A DNA stretch of 64,000 bases from a virus: the IMG/VR virus record IMGVR_UViG_3300045988_180675, positions 128,001-192,000 of that record, one strand, 5' to 3'. A program made the position numbers and the translations under genes. The notes under the pieces were generated by a model. The model was not told the DNA's origin. It saw nothing but the letters and a program-made list of their open reading frames with translations, and did not search any database. Each line of letters starts with the position of its first letter. Position 1 is the stretch's first letter. Shown one piece after another: positions 7,772-15,912 of this stretch.

Positions 7772-10700
7772 TCACTCCGTAGGATTGTAGCCTGCTGGTG
7801 GATGGAACCCGTATGTCCAGCCACTCCAATCTGTAGGACCTTCACTGATTTCTTCACCAGTTTGGTCGCCGCCGATCGCACCTTGTACGCCACCTACTTC
7901 ATCGATATGGGCACCAACTGTTCTGCCGCCACCAATATAGATTTCTGTATGTTCTTGCCGCCACAAGATGTCTCCTGGTCTTAGATCATCTGGAGATGTG
8001 ATTTCGTACTGGACGAAGCCTGCTTCAGTCATTAGGTTGATCTGACTATAGGTTGAGAATGCTGGTGGTCCGACATTAAATCCAGCTTGTGTAAGGGCAT
8101 AATAAACTAGTGATGAGCAGTCGTAGTCTGGGTTTCCTAAACGATGAACCCAAGAATATCCATGTGAATCATCTGCAGCAATTTCTCTTGCCCATTTTAC
8201 ATAAGGTAAATTAGAAATACCACCAAAGCCATCTGCCCATTCTGGGTTTGCATTTCCGCCAACATAACCAAATGAAAGAGCCCTGATTTTGACATTAAAT
8301 ACCTTTTCAAAGTCGCTAGAGCGTAACGCAATATAACTTTGTACTAGCTTGTCCCCATAAGTCTTGTTTGATAGATCCCAAGAATAGTTAAACATCTTGT
8401 CGTTTTCTTCTAATTTTGCAAGATCACATAGAACTGGGATCTTGACCGTTGCGACGATCTTCTTCCCATTAACTTCTACTTTGTTTCCTTCTTCATCTGT
8501 CCAACTTTCCTTTTGCCCACTGGCAGTTGTTCTAAGTTCTACTGTGATACCCTGACCATGACCTGCAATTGCATAATCTGCTAATGTGACACAATACTTT
8601 TGGAAATGGTAGTTATCCTTTGGATCACCACTGTATCCAGCCACGGCACCCATACTTAGGATTTCTTTTACAAACAATAGTTGTCCAGCTCCAGAACTAC
8701 TTGATGTTCCCGATGTTCCTGCTTGTACGACATCGATTGCTCCAGCACCCGTTACTTCAACGTTGGCTAGATCAACCTCCATGTTTTCTGGAATCTTTTC
8801 ATCGATCCATTCCTTATATTTTGCATGTCTTGAATTGTATAAGGAAGCACCGATTTGGCTACCTTCATTACGCTTTTTCAAATTCTTTAAAATATTTTCT
8901 GTACTGTAATCTCCATTACAAGCTTGGAATACTGCATCTACAGGGCTAGAAGCATAATCGCCTCCCCCAAGTTCTGCTAGTTGGGTATACCAAAATACAG
9001 CTCTTAAATTCGTTGTGTAAGTATTGGCACAATAATTCCAATGTTTTACCACACGTTCTGCTGCAATTCTATCTTGTAGCTTTTTACCTTCGCTGCTTGT
9101 TAAAATTTTCTTTACAACTTCTGTTTGTTCAGCATTTAGTTCTATCCGATCTGCTTCCCAATCCTTCTCAAGAAGAGGAGCGATGATTCCATTACTATCG
9201 AGTTCGGAGAACTTACTTTGGTTTTCGCTTCTGAATCTTGTTAAATAATTTCTTGCATTATTTCCATATAAAGAACTCCAACCAATTGTAGAAGCCACTT
9301 CTCCACCTGCTTCAGCGTTGATTACATTACTATAATCTCTCTGCCCATAAACCTGTCCGCCAGTTTCCATGGCACCAAGCATATTTAACATGATATCCAT
9401 TTGCGTTTCAGAGCCAAGTTTAGCGGAAGAATCGCCAGATGTATTCTGGATCGTTGTATTTGTTTTGGCAGCTTTACCAGCTGTGCCATTTGGAAATACA
9501 ATATCGCTTTCTGGACTTAATAAGAATTTATCATTTCCGATCGTATTTCCTTCCCCATCTACAAAGTCATAGGTAGGAATCACGGCAGATACGCCGATGT
9601 TCTTTTTAAATAATCCAGAAAAAATACTTCCATTTTTATCGGTTTTGCTACCAGACAAATTGTATTCAGCTGAGAAATTCTTTAAATTTGACATTGTGAT
9701 GCTGCCTGCATCGATCTCTGCCCCATCTAAGGTAGCCTTTGTAATTGTAATATCTTGTAATGGAACGTAATCGGATCCAGCCTTCTTCTTTTCTTCTTCT
9801 GTAAGGGTTTCTCCCTTTAAGATCTTGTAATAAGCCTTCAAGCGTTCCTGCAACATGTTTGCCATTTCTTGCATCATGTTCTCATCTTTATCTGCTGACG
9901 ACTTATTTACAGCTTGTACAGGTTGGACGATATGGGTATTGTTACTTCTGATTCTGCCCTGATACAAAGCTGTACCACCAAAGATTCCACCCATCGTCAC
10001 GGATGTTGCAAGACCTGCTGTAAGAGCCTTTTTACCAATACTCTGTACAATAGCTTTTCCGCCATTCGCAATGCCCTGTGGGCTGAATATGTTTTGACTA
10101 GGTGTAACATTTCCTCTTCTTGCAAGGAACTGTTTCATCTTGCTGGCTTCTTTGTCTGCCCTTGCAAGGGAGCCTTCTCTTTGTGCCCCAATTAAACTAT
10201 CTTTACCTGTAAGAACCTTATCTTTATCCCCGATAGCTCCTGTTGATATTTTATCTTTTACTAATGTTCTTTTTTCCGTTGAAAGCTGCTGTCCTGCATC
10301 TACGTTGACTTCTCCTCCACTAATTTTAACAAGCTTCTTCTTTTCTGGTTGAAGAACGGATTTTTCTTGTGATGGTTTTAGTTTCTTAGCAATGCCTGCA
10401 TCGTATTCTTTCTGAGAGATATATCGCATGGTGCCATCAGCACGCTTTTCAATGAATCGCCCTGATGATTTCAGATACTCGACATTTTCTTTTGGACCTG
10501 GTGAATTTATAATGCCAGAACTTTGTCCAATGGAATTCTTCTCACTTATCGAAGAAATACCTGGCATGTTGTTTCTTGTGATGTTTGAGATTGCATCTTT
10601 TAACTTCTTCGCTTTTTGTTCATCAATTGACTTTTGCTGTTCTAAAAATGAATTTTTTACAATCTGTTTATTAGGTTGAGCAATTTGACGTTCATTCTTT

Positions 10701-12358
10701 ATAACCCGCTTATTATCTGTAGGTACATTTACCTTTTTCATTAATCCACTGCGGTCAAAATTTTGTTGTTGTGTAATTGCTCCGCTATCGCCTTGACTAA
10801 AAGCTCCACTTGAGAAATCATTCTTACTTGATATTCCACTATTTATATTTGGTTTGTTATCTGTAATATTTGGATGATTGTTTGGAATATCTCCAATTTG
10901 TTTCTTCGCTATATTTTCAGGGCTAATATTTCTTTTAACATTCGCAATATTTTTATTGATCTTATTTAATAATTCTTGTTCTTTTTCAGCTACATGTTGG
11001 ATAACTTCACTACTATATTTTTGTTTATTAACAACTTTATTTACATCTGTCTTTAATCCACTAAAGTTACCTTCTAGTTTATCTTCGATAAATGTTTCTT
11101 TCTGGGAGAATGCTTCATTACTAAAGTTTTGGTGAGAATCAATTCCAGTTCTACCAATATTCGTATTTTGTGCTTGTTGATTCTTAAACCCACTATTTTC
11201 CTGAATAATATTCTTATCTGCATTCTTAACTACTTGCTTATTTCCTGTGTGGGTATTCGATAATCTTTCATTGATCTTATCTGATAGTCTTTGACGCTCA
11301 TAACTAAGTGCATCTGATGGCTGCTCTTTTGTAGCCGTAGAGAAAGCGTCATTACTTAATTCTTTGTTTAAATTTGAAAAGACTTCTTGTTGAGCCTGTG
11401 GAAAGGTTCTTTCCCTTACTCTTTCCTCATTTAAAAACTTATGGTCAGCCTTTGCTGCATGCTCTTGCTTAGCAGCTTTCTTATCAATATCATTGTTGAT
11501 CCGTTTTGCTAGTTGTTGTCTTTCATATTCGATCGGATCAGAAGCTGTTGCTGTATCAATCTGTGAAAAAGCATCCCTATTGAGTTCTGTTGGGGGCTCA
11601 ATATTTTGTCTAAACTCTCTTGACGGCTGATCAAAATAGTTATTGTTTAAACGTTGCTCTTTAAAGCCTTCTCTTCCGTTAGGGGTCTTTTTAATTTCTT
11701 TATTTAATTTTTCTGATAATCTTCTTTGTTCGTATTCAATTGGGTTAGATGCCTCTGGGACATCTTCAATATTATCTTCTAATAGGTTCTCAACGCTATC
11801 CCCATGAGGCTTATTTAAAGGGTTAAATTGAGCCGATTGTGACTCTAATGGAGTACGTTCCAATCTGTTCTCAAACGGCTCTGTACTGCTATTTAACATC
11901 GCTTCTTGTTTGTTTAATAACTCTTGTTCTCTGTATTGTTGTTTGATTAATTCTTTACGATGTTCTTCTTGTTGTTTTTTAAAAAAATCTTCTTTTGCTT
12001 TTTTCTCTTTTTCACCTGAGAATCTTGCGTGATCCTTTTCTACATCGATTTCTTTTGGTTCATCAACTTTGTCTGTGTTTTCTTCTAAATCCTTATCATC
12101 TTCATTTGGTTCTTCTTCTAAATCTTCATTACTATCATCTTGATCCTGATCACGCTCTAATTCATCCTTATCATCATCTTCTGATTTTTCTTCTTCGTTT
12201 CCTTCTTTTTCAGTATCTTCTTCAGAAGCTTCTTCATCGTCCATGCTTAAAGCATCTCCTAGATCTGGAGACTGTTCTTCTTTTTCTTCACTGCCAGAAC
12301 CTTCGCTTGGTTCAATGTCATCAGTTTCTTTTATTTCTTTCTCATTGATTTCTGTCAT
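7772..12358 (-). CDS. Conjugation-associated peptidoglycan hydrolase (CwlT/PrgK/TcpG-like), 1528 aa, C-terminal NlpC/P60 domain
   Basis: C-terminus carries the NlpC/P60 catalytic pattern YDCSSLVYYAL...RPGDILW...HTEIYIGGG. There is one hydrophobic segment (ALTAGLATSVTMGGIFGGTALY), an acidic D/E-rich N-terminus and internal repeats. RBS AAAGGAG. Confidence 0.75.
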   Translation of the reverse strand: MTEINEKEIKETDDIEPSEGSGSEEKEEQSPDLGDALSMDDEEASEEDTEKEGNEEEKSEDDDKDELERDQDQDDSNEDLEEEPNEDDKDLEENTDKVDEPKEIDVEKDHARFSGEKEKKAKEDFFKKQQEEHRKELIKQQYREQELLNKQEAMLNSSTEPFENRLERTPLESQSAQFNPLNKPHGDSVENLLEDNIEDVPEASNPIEYEQRRLSEKLNKEIKKTPNGREGFKEQRLNNNYFDQPSREFRQNIEPPTELNRDAFSQIDTATASDPIEYERQQLAKRINNDIDKKAAKQEHAAKADHKFLNEERVRERTFPQAQQEVFSNLNKELSNDAFSTATKEQPSDALSYERQRLSDKINERLSNTHTGNKQVVKNADKNIIQENSGFKNQQAQNTNIGRTGIDSHQNFSNEAFSQKETFIEDKLEGNFSGLKTDVNKVVNKQKYSSEVIQHVAEKEQELLNKINKNIANVKRNISPENIAKKQIGDIPNNHPNITDNKPNINSGISSKNDFSSGAFSQGDSGAITQQQNFDRSGLMKKVNVPTDNKRVIKNERQIAQPNKQIVKNSFLEQQKSIDEQKAKKLKDAISNITRNNMPGISSISEKNSIGQSSGIINSPGPKENVEYLKSSGRFIEKRADGTMRYISQKEYDAGIAKKLKPSQEKSVLQPEKKKLVKISGGEVNVDAGQQLSTEKRTLVKDKISTGAIGDKDKVLTGKDSLIGAQREGSLARADKEASKMKQFLARRGNVTPSQNIFSPQGIANGGKAIVQSIGKKALTAGLATSVTMGGIFGGTALYQGRIRSNNTHIVQPVQAVNKSSADKDENMMQEMANMLQERLKAYYKILKGETLTEEEKKKAGSDYVPLQDITITKATLDGAEIDAGSITMSNLKNFSAEYNLSGSKTDKNGSIFSGLFKKNIGVSAVIPTYDFVDGEGNTIGNDKFLLSPESDIVFPNGTAGKAAKTNTTIQNTSGDSSAKLGSETQMDIMLNMLGAMETGGQVYGQRDYSNVINAEAGGEVASTIGWSSLYGNNARNYLTRFRSENQSKFSELDSNGIIAPLLEKDWEADRIELNAEQTEVVKKILTSSEGKKLQDRIAAERVVKHWNYCANTYTTNLRAVFWYTQLAELGGGDYASSPVDAVFQACNGDYSTENILKNLKKRNEGSQIGASLYNSRHAKYKEWIDEKIPENMEVDLANVEVTGAGAIDVVQAGTSGTSSSSGAGQLLFVKEILSMGAVAGYSGDPKDNYHFQKYCVTLADYAIAGHGQGITVELRTTASGQKESWTDEEGNKVEVNGKKIVATVKIPVLCDLAKLEENDKMFNYSWDLSNKTYGDKLVQSYIALRSSDFEKVFNVKIRALSFGYVGGNANPEWADGFGGISNLPYVKWAREIAADDSHGYSWVHRLGNPDYDCSSLVYYALTQAGFNVGPPAFSTYSQINLMTEAGFVQYEITSPDDLRPGDILWRQEHTEIYIGGGRTVGAHIDEVGGVQGAIGGDQTGEEISEGPTDWSGWTYGFHPPAGYNPTE
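11260..11760 (-). repeat. Three spaced copies of a ~20-aa PIEYE-(Q/R)xxL-x-(K/R)-(I/L)N motif inside the hydrolase gene
   Basis: SNPIEYEQRRLSEKLNKEIKK, SDPIEYERQQLAKRINNDIDKK, SDALSYERQRLSDKINERLS. Coordinates are approximate. Confidence 0.55.
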
Positions 12359-12384
12359 TTAAAGATGCTCCTTTCGTACATCTT

Positions 12385-12396
12385 ATATTATGCTAT
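12385..12396 (-). promoter_or_regulatory. Class-A promoter box ATAGCATAATAT
   Basis: 26 nt before ATG 12358. The 24 nt at 12377-12400 are identical to 58607-58630. Confidence 0.5.
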
Positions 12397-12408
12397 TTTT
12401 CATAAAAT

Positions 12409-12438
12409 CAAAAAGAAAAAGACTATATTTTTAGTCTT
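12409..12438 (-). terminator. Rho-independent terminator belonging to the truncated gene remnant
   Basis: Minus strand AAGACTA-AAAATA-TAGTCTT hairpin followed by TTTCTTTTT. Homologous to the terminator at 13981-14011. Confidence 0.6.
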
Positions 12439-12445
12439 TTCTTCT

Positions 12446-12520
12446 TTAATCCATATTCTTGTGAACTGCTTTGCATACTAAATACACGATTATCATGTAT
12501 ACCAAATATATGATTATCGC
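12446..12520 (-). pseudogene. 3' remnant (25 codons + stop) of a paralogue of the 13997-14737 gene, cut off by the IS right end
   Basis: Minus-strand translation is AIIIYLVYMIIVYLVCKAVHKNMD*, which parallels SLVIIIYMAYKAVCQIWIKEKRLDK* at the end of 13997-14737. The DNA and terminator are also homologous. Confidence 0.5.
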
Positions 12521-12720
12521 CAGTCAACTACCCACCACCTAAAGGTAGTGGGCTTGTAACTGCCCAGTCGTACTAGCGGCTTACGCCTCCGACCTTTAAC
12601 CCCAATGAGCATTGCTACTCAAAGTGGCGTTACATCATAGGATGGTTGACACAACACCCTTTACGATAAAGTTTACTCTACCGTAACTGTATCTGGTACT
12701 TGAGCTTCTTTGAGATAGCT
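12505..12720 (-). ncRNA. Putative omega-RNA (reRNA) scaffold plus guide of TnpB
   Basis: A structured block of locally raised GC overlaps the tnpB 3' end and runs to the right end, as in characterised TnpB systems. The exact 5' and 3' ends are not determinable by eye. Confidence 0.5.
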
Positions 12721-13978
12721 GATTCCCATGTGATACAGATTCATAGCTCCAATGCGATCATCGTTAGAACTGTAGCCACAGTTTTTACAAGTAAACAGAT
12801 GTATCTTCTTGTTTCGATTAGACTTTTCAATATGTCCACATACAGGGCAACATTGACTTGTGTAACGAGGATCAACCTTAATAACAGTCGATTGATTCTG
12901 TTTTGCCTTGTAAATCAGTTTTTGTTCAAGGTCATAGAATGACCACGATACAGATACATAACGATCTTTTGTTTTAACACGTTCTGTAACACTACGAATA
13001 CCTGTCAGATCTTCAAGAACAAAGAGTGTATGCTTCGGATTAGATTCAACGAGTGCCTTACTAATGCAATGATTAACATCTTGCATCCAACGGTTTTCTC
13101 GCTGACCGATAGCTTTCAATCTGCGTCTTGCAGATGGAGTCTGACGCTTTTGTAGTTCTTTACGGAGCTTGGAGTAGTGGGCACGTTTCTGTTTGATAGA
13201 TCTGCCACTTACAAATCCAGATTTGTGCTTACTATCATAAGTAGCAATAACAAAGTTGATACCTCTATCAATCCCTACAACGTTACAGATATCTGATATG
13301 TTACTTTCTTCGACCTCATAACTTACAGGGATATGTAAAAAATACTTACCATGCTTATTTACAAGCTTGGCTGTACCAAACTTATAGGTTGTATGATCGA
13401 AGTATTTAGACATGCCCTTTGCAAAGTATGGTAGCTTGACACGACCATCCAGTGTATTAACTGAAAAACAGTTCTGCGTTAAGGAATAATCTCGATTCCA
13501 AACAAGGTCGTATTGAGGCTTATCAAAATTTGGCTTGATCCATTTTTTCTGGTTTTCAAGAATTGTCTTGTACCTTGCAATAACGGTCTTAAAAACAGAT
13601 TGAGCCATTTGTGATCTGAGTCCAAATTGTTCTCTAAGTGTAGAGTACAAAACCTGATTCAAAGAAAACTGCTTTAAGTTCTTTGTATTAAATATATATT
13701 CAGATACAAAATTACAGGCATCAGAATAGGCAGACATCGTTTTATCAAGTAAAGCTTTACTGTCTGTATCAACTGATATTTGGATTTTAGCTGTAACTGT
13801 CATCCGCTCCATAAATAAACCTTATTGTCCTTTCATTAAATATAGTATATACTATTATTAGTGAAAGTCAACAACTTTGAGGGGATTCAACTAAGGTTGA
13901 TACTTACAAACTTATAAGGCTCCTCCCCCGCCCAATGGCAGTGGGTTTCCGCAGATAGAATAGGGAGGACTTTATTTA
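12521..13978 (-). mobile_element. IS200/IS605-family element with TnpB only (IS1341-like, no TnpA); ends approximate to about 10 nt
   Basis: A tnpB ORF flanked by GC-rich imperfect subterminal hairpins. Right-end side, plus strand: CCCACCACC-TAAA-GGTAGTGGG (12531-12552). Left-end side, plus strand: TCCTCCC...GCC-CAAT-GGC...GGGAGGA (13921-13968). No transposase Y1 gene is present. Confidence 0.75.
12673..13812 (-). CDS. tnpB: TnpB RNA-guided endonuclease (IS200/IS605 OrfB family)
   Basis: 379 aa. RuvC triad contexts VGIDRGINF, FVLEDLTGIR and SNDDRIGAMNL. Zinc finger CPVCGH..CKNCG. All appear intact. Confidence 0.9.
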   Translation of the reverse strand: MERMTVTAKIQISVDTDSKALLDKTMSAYSDACNFVSEYIFNTKNLKQFSLNQVLYSTLREQFGLRSQMAQSVFKTVIARYKTILENQKKWIKPNFDKPQYDLVWNRDYSLTQNCFSVNTLDGRVKLPYFAKGMSKYFDHTTYKFGTAKLVNKHGKYFLHIPVSYEVEESNISDICNVVGIDRGINFVIATYDSKHKSGFVSGRSIKQKRAHYSKLRKELQKRQTPSARRRLKAIGQRENRWMQDVNHCISKALVESNPKHTLFVLEDLTGIRSVTERVKTKDRYVSVSWSFYDLEQKLIYKAKQNQSTVIKVDPRYTSQCCPVCGHIEKSNRNKKIHLFTCKNCGYSSNDDRIGAMNLYHMGISYLKEAQVPDTVTVE

Positions 13979-13980
13979 TA

Positions 13981-14011
13981 AAAGAAAAGAAAAAGACTAT
14001 TTATCTAGTCT
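13981..14011 (-). terminator. Rho-independent terminator overlapping the stop of 13997-14737
   Basis: Minus strand AGACTA-GATAAA-TAGTCT hairpin, formed by the last codons, then TTTTTCTTTTCTTT. Confidence 0.6.
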
Positions 14012-14737
14012 CTTTTCTTTAATCCATATTTGGCAGACTGCTTTATATGCCATATATATAATTATTACCAATGAAATCATAGTAAACGCTGTTCTCACAA
14101 CAATAGCTGGGGGAAGATTTTCCCCTTCCTTTTCTGCCTCGATCACCTTTTGTTCTTCTTTGTTTTCTTGCTTGTATTTCTCTTTCATCGGCTTTCCGAG
14201 CACTTCGTTTGCGTATTTATTTTCGAGTGTCTTTAACATGTTTAGATCATAGACTCCACCGTAATCTTCTGGCTTATTGGCAAAAGGGAAGTTGACGATC
14301 CAACCGTATTTATACATTAGGTCTTCATTACCGACAAAGGTTCTAAAACTTGCTACTTCATTATCCTTTACTTCGATATTGCCATAAATATCAAATGTAT
14401 ACAGTTTTTCAGAGGAAGAGCTATTATGACCGTTCTCCAAACCAATTACAGATGTCTTGATATGATATTTGCCAACTGGTAAATGGATCTTCTCTTGGAA
14501 CTTATCTGTACTATATGACATTTGGACAGAAAGAACCTCGTTTTCATTGGCATCGTAGAACTTTGTTTCAATAATAACATCTTTGTAGTCTTCGACCACA
14601 AAGCCAGCAAGGATTGCTTCTCCACATGGGGAGCCTGCAACACATGCATTGTTGGCTTCTTCTGCGTATGAAGCCTGTGGAACAAGTGCTAATCCCATAA
14701 TAGCAATAATTGTTAATAAAATCTTAATGAATTTCAA
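13997..14737 (-). CDS. Hypothetical secreted/membrane-anchored protein (246 aa)
   Basis: TTG start with RBS AAGGAGGA. N-terminal signal-like segment ending PQASYAEE. C-terminal hydrophobic helix followed by basic residues. Confidence 0.6.
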   Translation of the reverse strand: MKFIKILLTIIAIMGLALVPQASYAEEANNACVAGSPCGEAILAGFVVEDYKDVIIETKFYDANENEVLSVQMSYSTDKFQEKIHLPVGKYHIKTSVIGLENGHNSSSSEKLYTFDIYGNIEVKDNEVASFRTFVGNEDLMYKYGWIVNFPFANKPEDYGGVYDLNMLKTLENKYANEVLGKPMKEKYKQENKEEQKVIEAEKEGENLPPAIVVRTAFTMISLVIIIYMAYKAVCQIWIKEKRLDK

Positions 14738-14749
14738 AATGGATCCTCC

Positions 14750-14989
14750 TTACTCGATTACAATATCGAACGTGTTATCACTTTCAAAAGTTTCTAGCAC
14801 ATCTCTGTTCAAATATGCGGCAAAACGTTCTTGTGGTACCCAGTCTGTTTTCGTGAGCCAGTGGACGTGCAGTCCGTTAGGTGTTGTCGCCTGAACTATA
14901 TACCAACCAGCAAAATTGTTTTTAGCCCACAAAGAAATGTTTTCGTACTTCTTTTCTTGAATCTGTTCTAAACATTCTCTTAACTTCAT
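14750..14989 (-). CDS. Hypothetical protein (79 aa)
   Basis: ORF with RBS AAAGGAG. Its stop lies 12 nt before the next gene's start. No family recognised. Confidence 0.5.
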   Translation of the reverse strand: MKLRECLEQIQEKKYENISLWAKNNFAGWYIVQATTPNGLHVHWLTKTDWVPQERFAAYLNRDVLETFESDNTFDIVIE

Positions 14990-15028
14990 TTCATTTTCTC
15001 CTTTTCTAAGCGTATTTTACCATAAAGG

Positions 15029-15058
15029 ATATTATCTTGCAATATACTGTTATGTCAT
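15029..15058 (-). promoter_or_regulatory. Sigma-A-like promoter with ATAACAGTATAT in the spacer
   Basis: Minus strand ATGACA-18 nt-TAATAT upstream of ATG 14989. Confidence 0.4.
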
Positions 15059-15065
15059 TTTTAGC

Positions 15066-15100
15066 AAAAGAAAAAGAGGGGCGGTACCACCAACCTCTCT
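15066..15100 (-). terminator. Rho-independent terminator after 15158-15772
   Basis: GC-rich hairpin on the minus strand, AGAGG-TT-GGTGG-TA-CCGCC-C-CTCT, followed by TTTTTCTTTTGC. Confidence 0.65.
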
Positions 15101-15157
15101 TTCTTTTAGACCTGATCTTCCTCAAATAGAATCGCAACATCGTCGATTACGATATCG

Positions 15158-15772
15158 TCATTCTTCAATGTAAAGTGTGAAAACATACTTATCATCCTTC
15201 CATTGTTCATCCATCTTATCAAAGCCCAAGAATACATTGTGGAATTCTGTAGCCATGACCTTAAAATCAATATGATGATTTTTGAGCTTTTTGGCTTCTG
15301 TTGGGTAGACCATTGAATAAGAACTCAACAATTCCATTCCAACGAGATCTTCCCAGTTTACCTGAGTGTTTTCAAAGTCTGGTGTTCCATCTTTATAGAA
15401 TGCCCAGTCAATGTAGACAACCGAACCGTCGAAGTTGACGATCTTTTCCTCAATGTTCTTTAAAGCCTTCTGCCCAGCTGTAAATTCATCGGCAGAACCC
15501 ATTAGATATCTGTTAATATCTTCTAGCTTCTGAATTTGATTCTGGAAGTCCTTTCCTTTTAGAACTGTGTTTGATCCAGATGAAGCACAATAGCAAACAG
15601 TGTTAAATGGGTTCTTTACACTATTTACACCATTCTGTGTTTGATAAAGCATTTTCATGCGAAGCAAGAATTCATCTGTCACCTCTAGTCCTGGGTAGGT
15701 TGAACCGCATAGATAATGGAAGAATACATTTTCGATCTTACCATTCCTTCTATTTACTACTAATAATTTCAT
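15158..15772 (-). CDS. Hypothetical protein (204 aa)
   Basis: Long ORF with RBS AGGAGGAAAA, driven by a class-B module. No family recognised. Confidence 0.55.
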   Translation of the reverse strand: MKLLVVNRRNGKIENVFFHYLCGSTYPGLEVTDEFLLRMKMLYQTQNGVNSVKNPFNTVCYCASSGSNTVLKGKDFQNQIQKLEDINRYLMGSADEFTAGQKALKNIEEKIVNFDGSVVYIDWAFYKDGTPDFENTQVNWEDLVGMELLSSYSMVYPTEAKKLKNHHIDFKVMATEFHNVFLGFDKMDEQWKDDKYVFTLYIEE

Positions 15773-15870
15773 TTGATTTTCCTCCTATAGCCATTTTGGC
15801 TTTATTATTTCCCACCTTATTCGAATCTTTTCTCCATGATCATCAAATAAAGTCATATTTATTATGCGAT
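15773..15870 (-). promoter_or_regulatory. Class-B promoter plus conserved leader module (copy 1)
   Basis: Minus strand TCGCATAATAAATATGACTTTATTTGATGATCATGGAGAA, then AATAAGG..AAAGCC-loop-GGCT hairpin abutting the RBS. The 40-mer at 15830-15869 matches 44291-44330 at 39 of 40 positions. Confidence 0.55.
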
Positions 15871-15878
15871 ACAAAAGG

Positions 15879-15906
15879 AAAAGAAAAAGATAGGGGTTTC
15901 CTATCT
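15879..15906 (-). terminator. Rho-independent terminator after the 962-aa adhesin gene
   Basis: Minus strand AGATAGG-AAACC-CCTATCT followed by TTTTTCTTTT. Confidence 0.65.
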
Positions 15907-15912
15907 TCTTTC

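Noticed and set aside
15800-15860. Short upstream ORFs in the class-B leaders (for example MIMEKRFE, MIMENVVK, MSWRTNK)
   Set aside because: No Shine-Dalgarno sequence precedes the ATG, and the peptide lengths and sequences are not conserved beyond the shared DNA block. The conservation looks nucleic-acid level.
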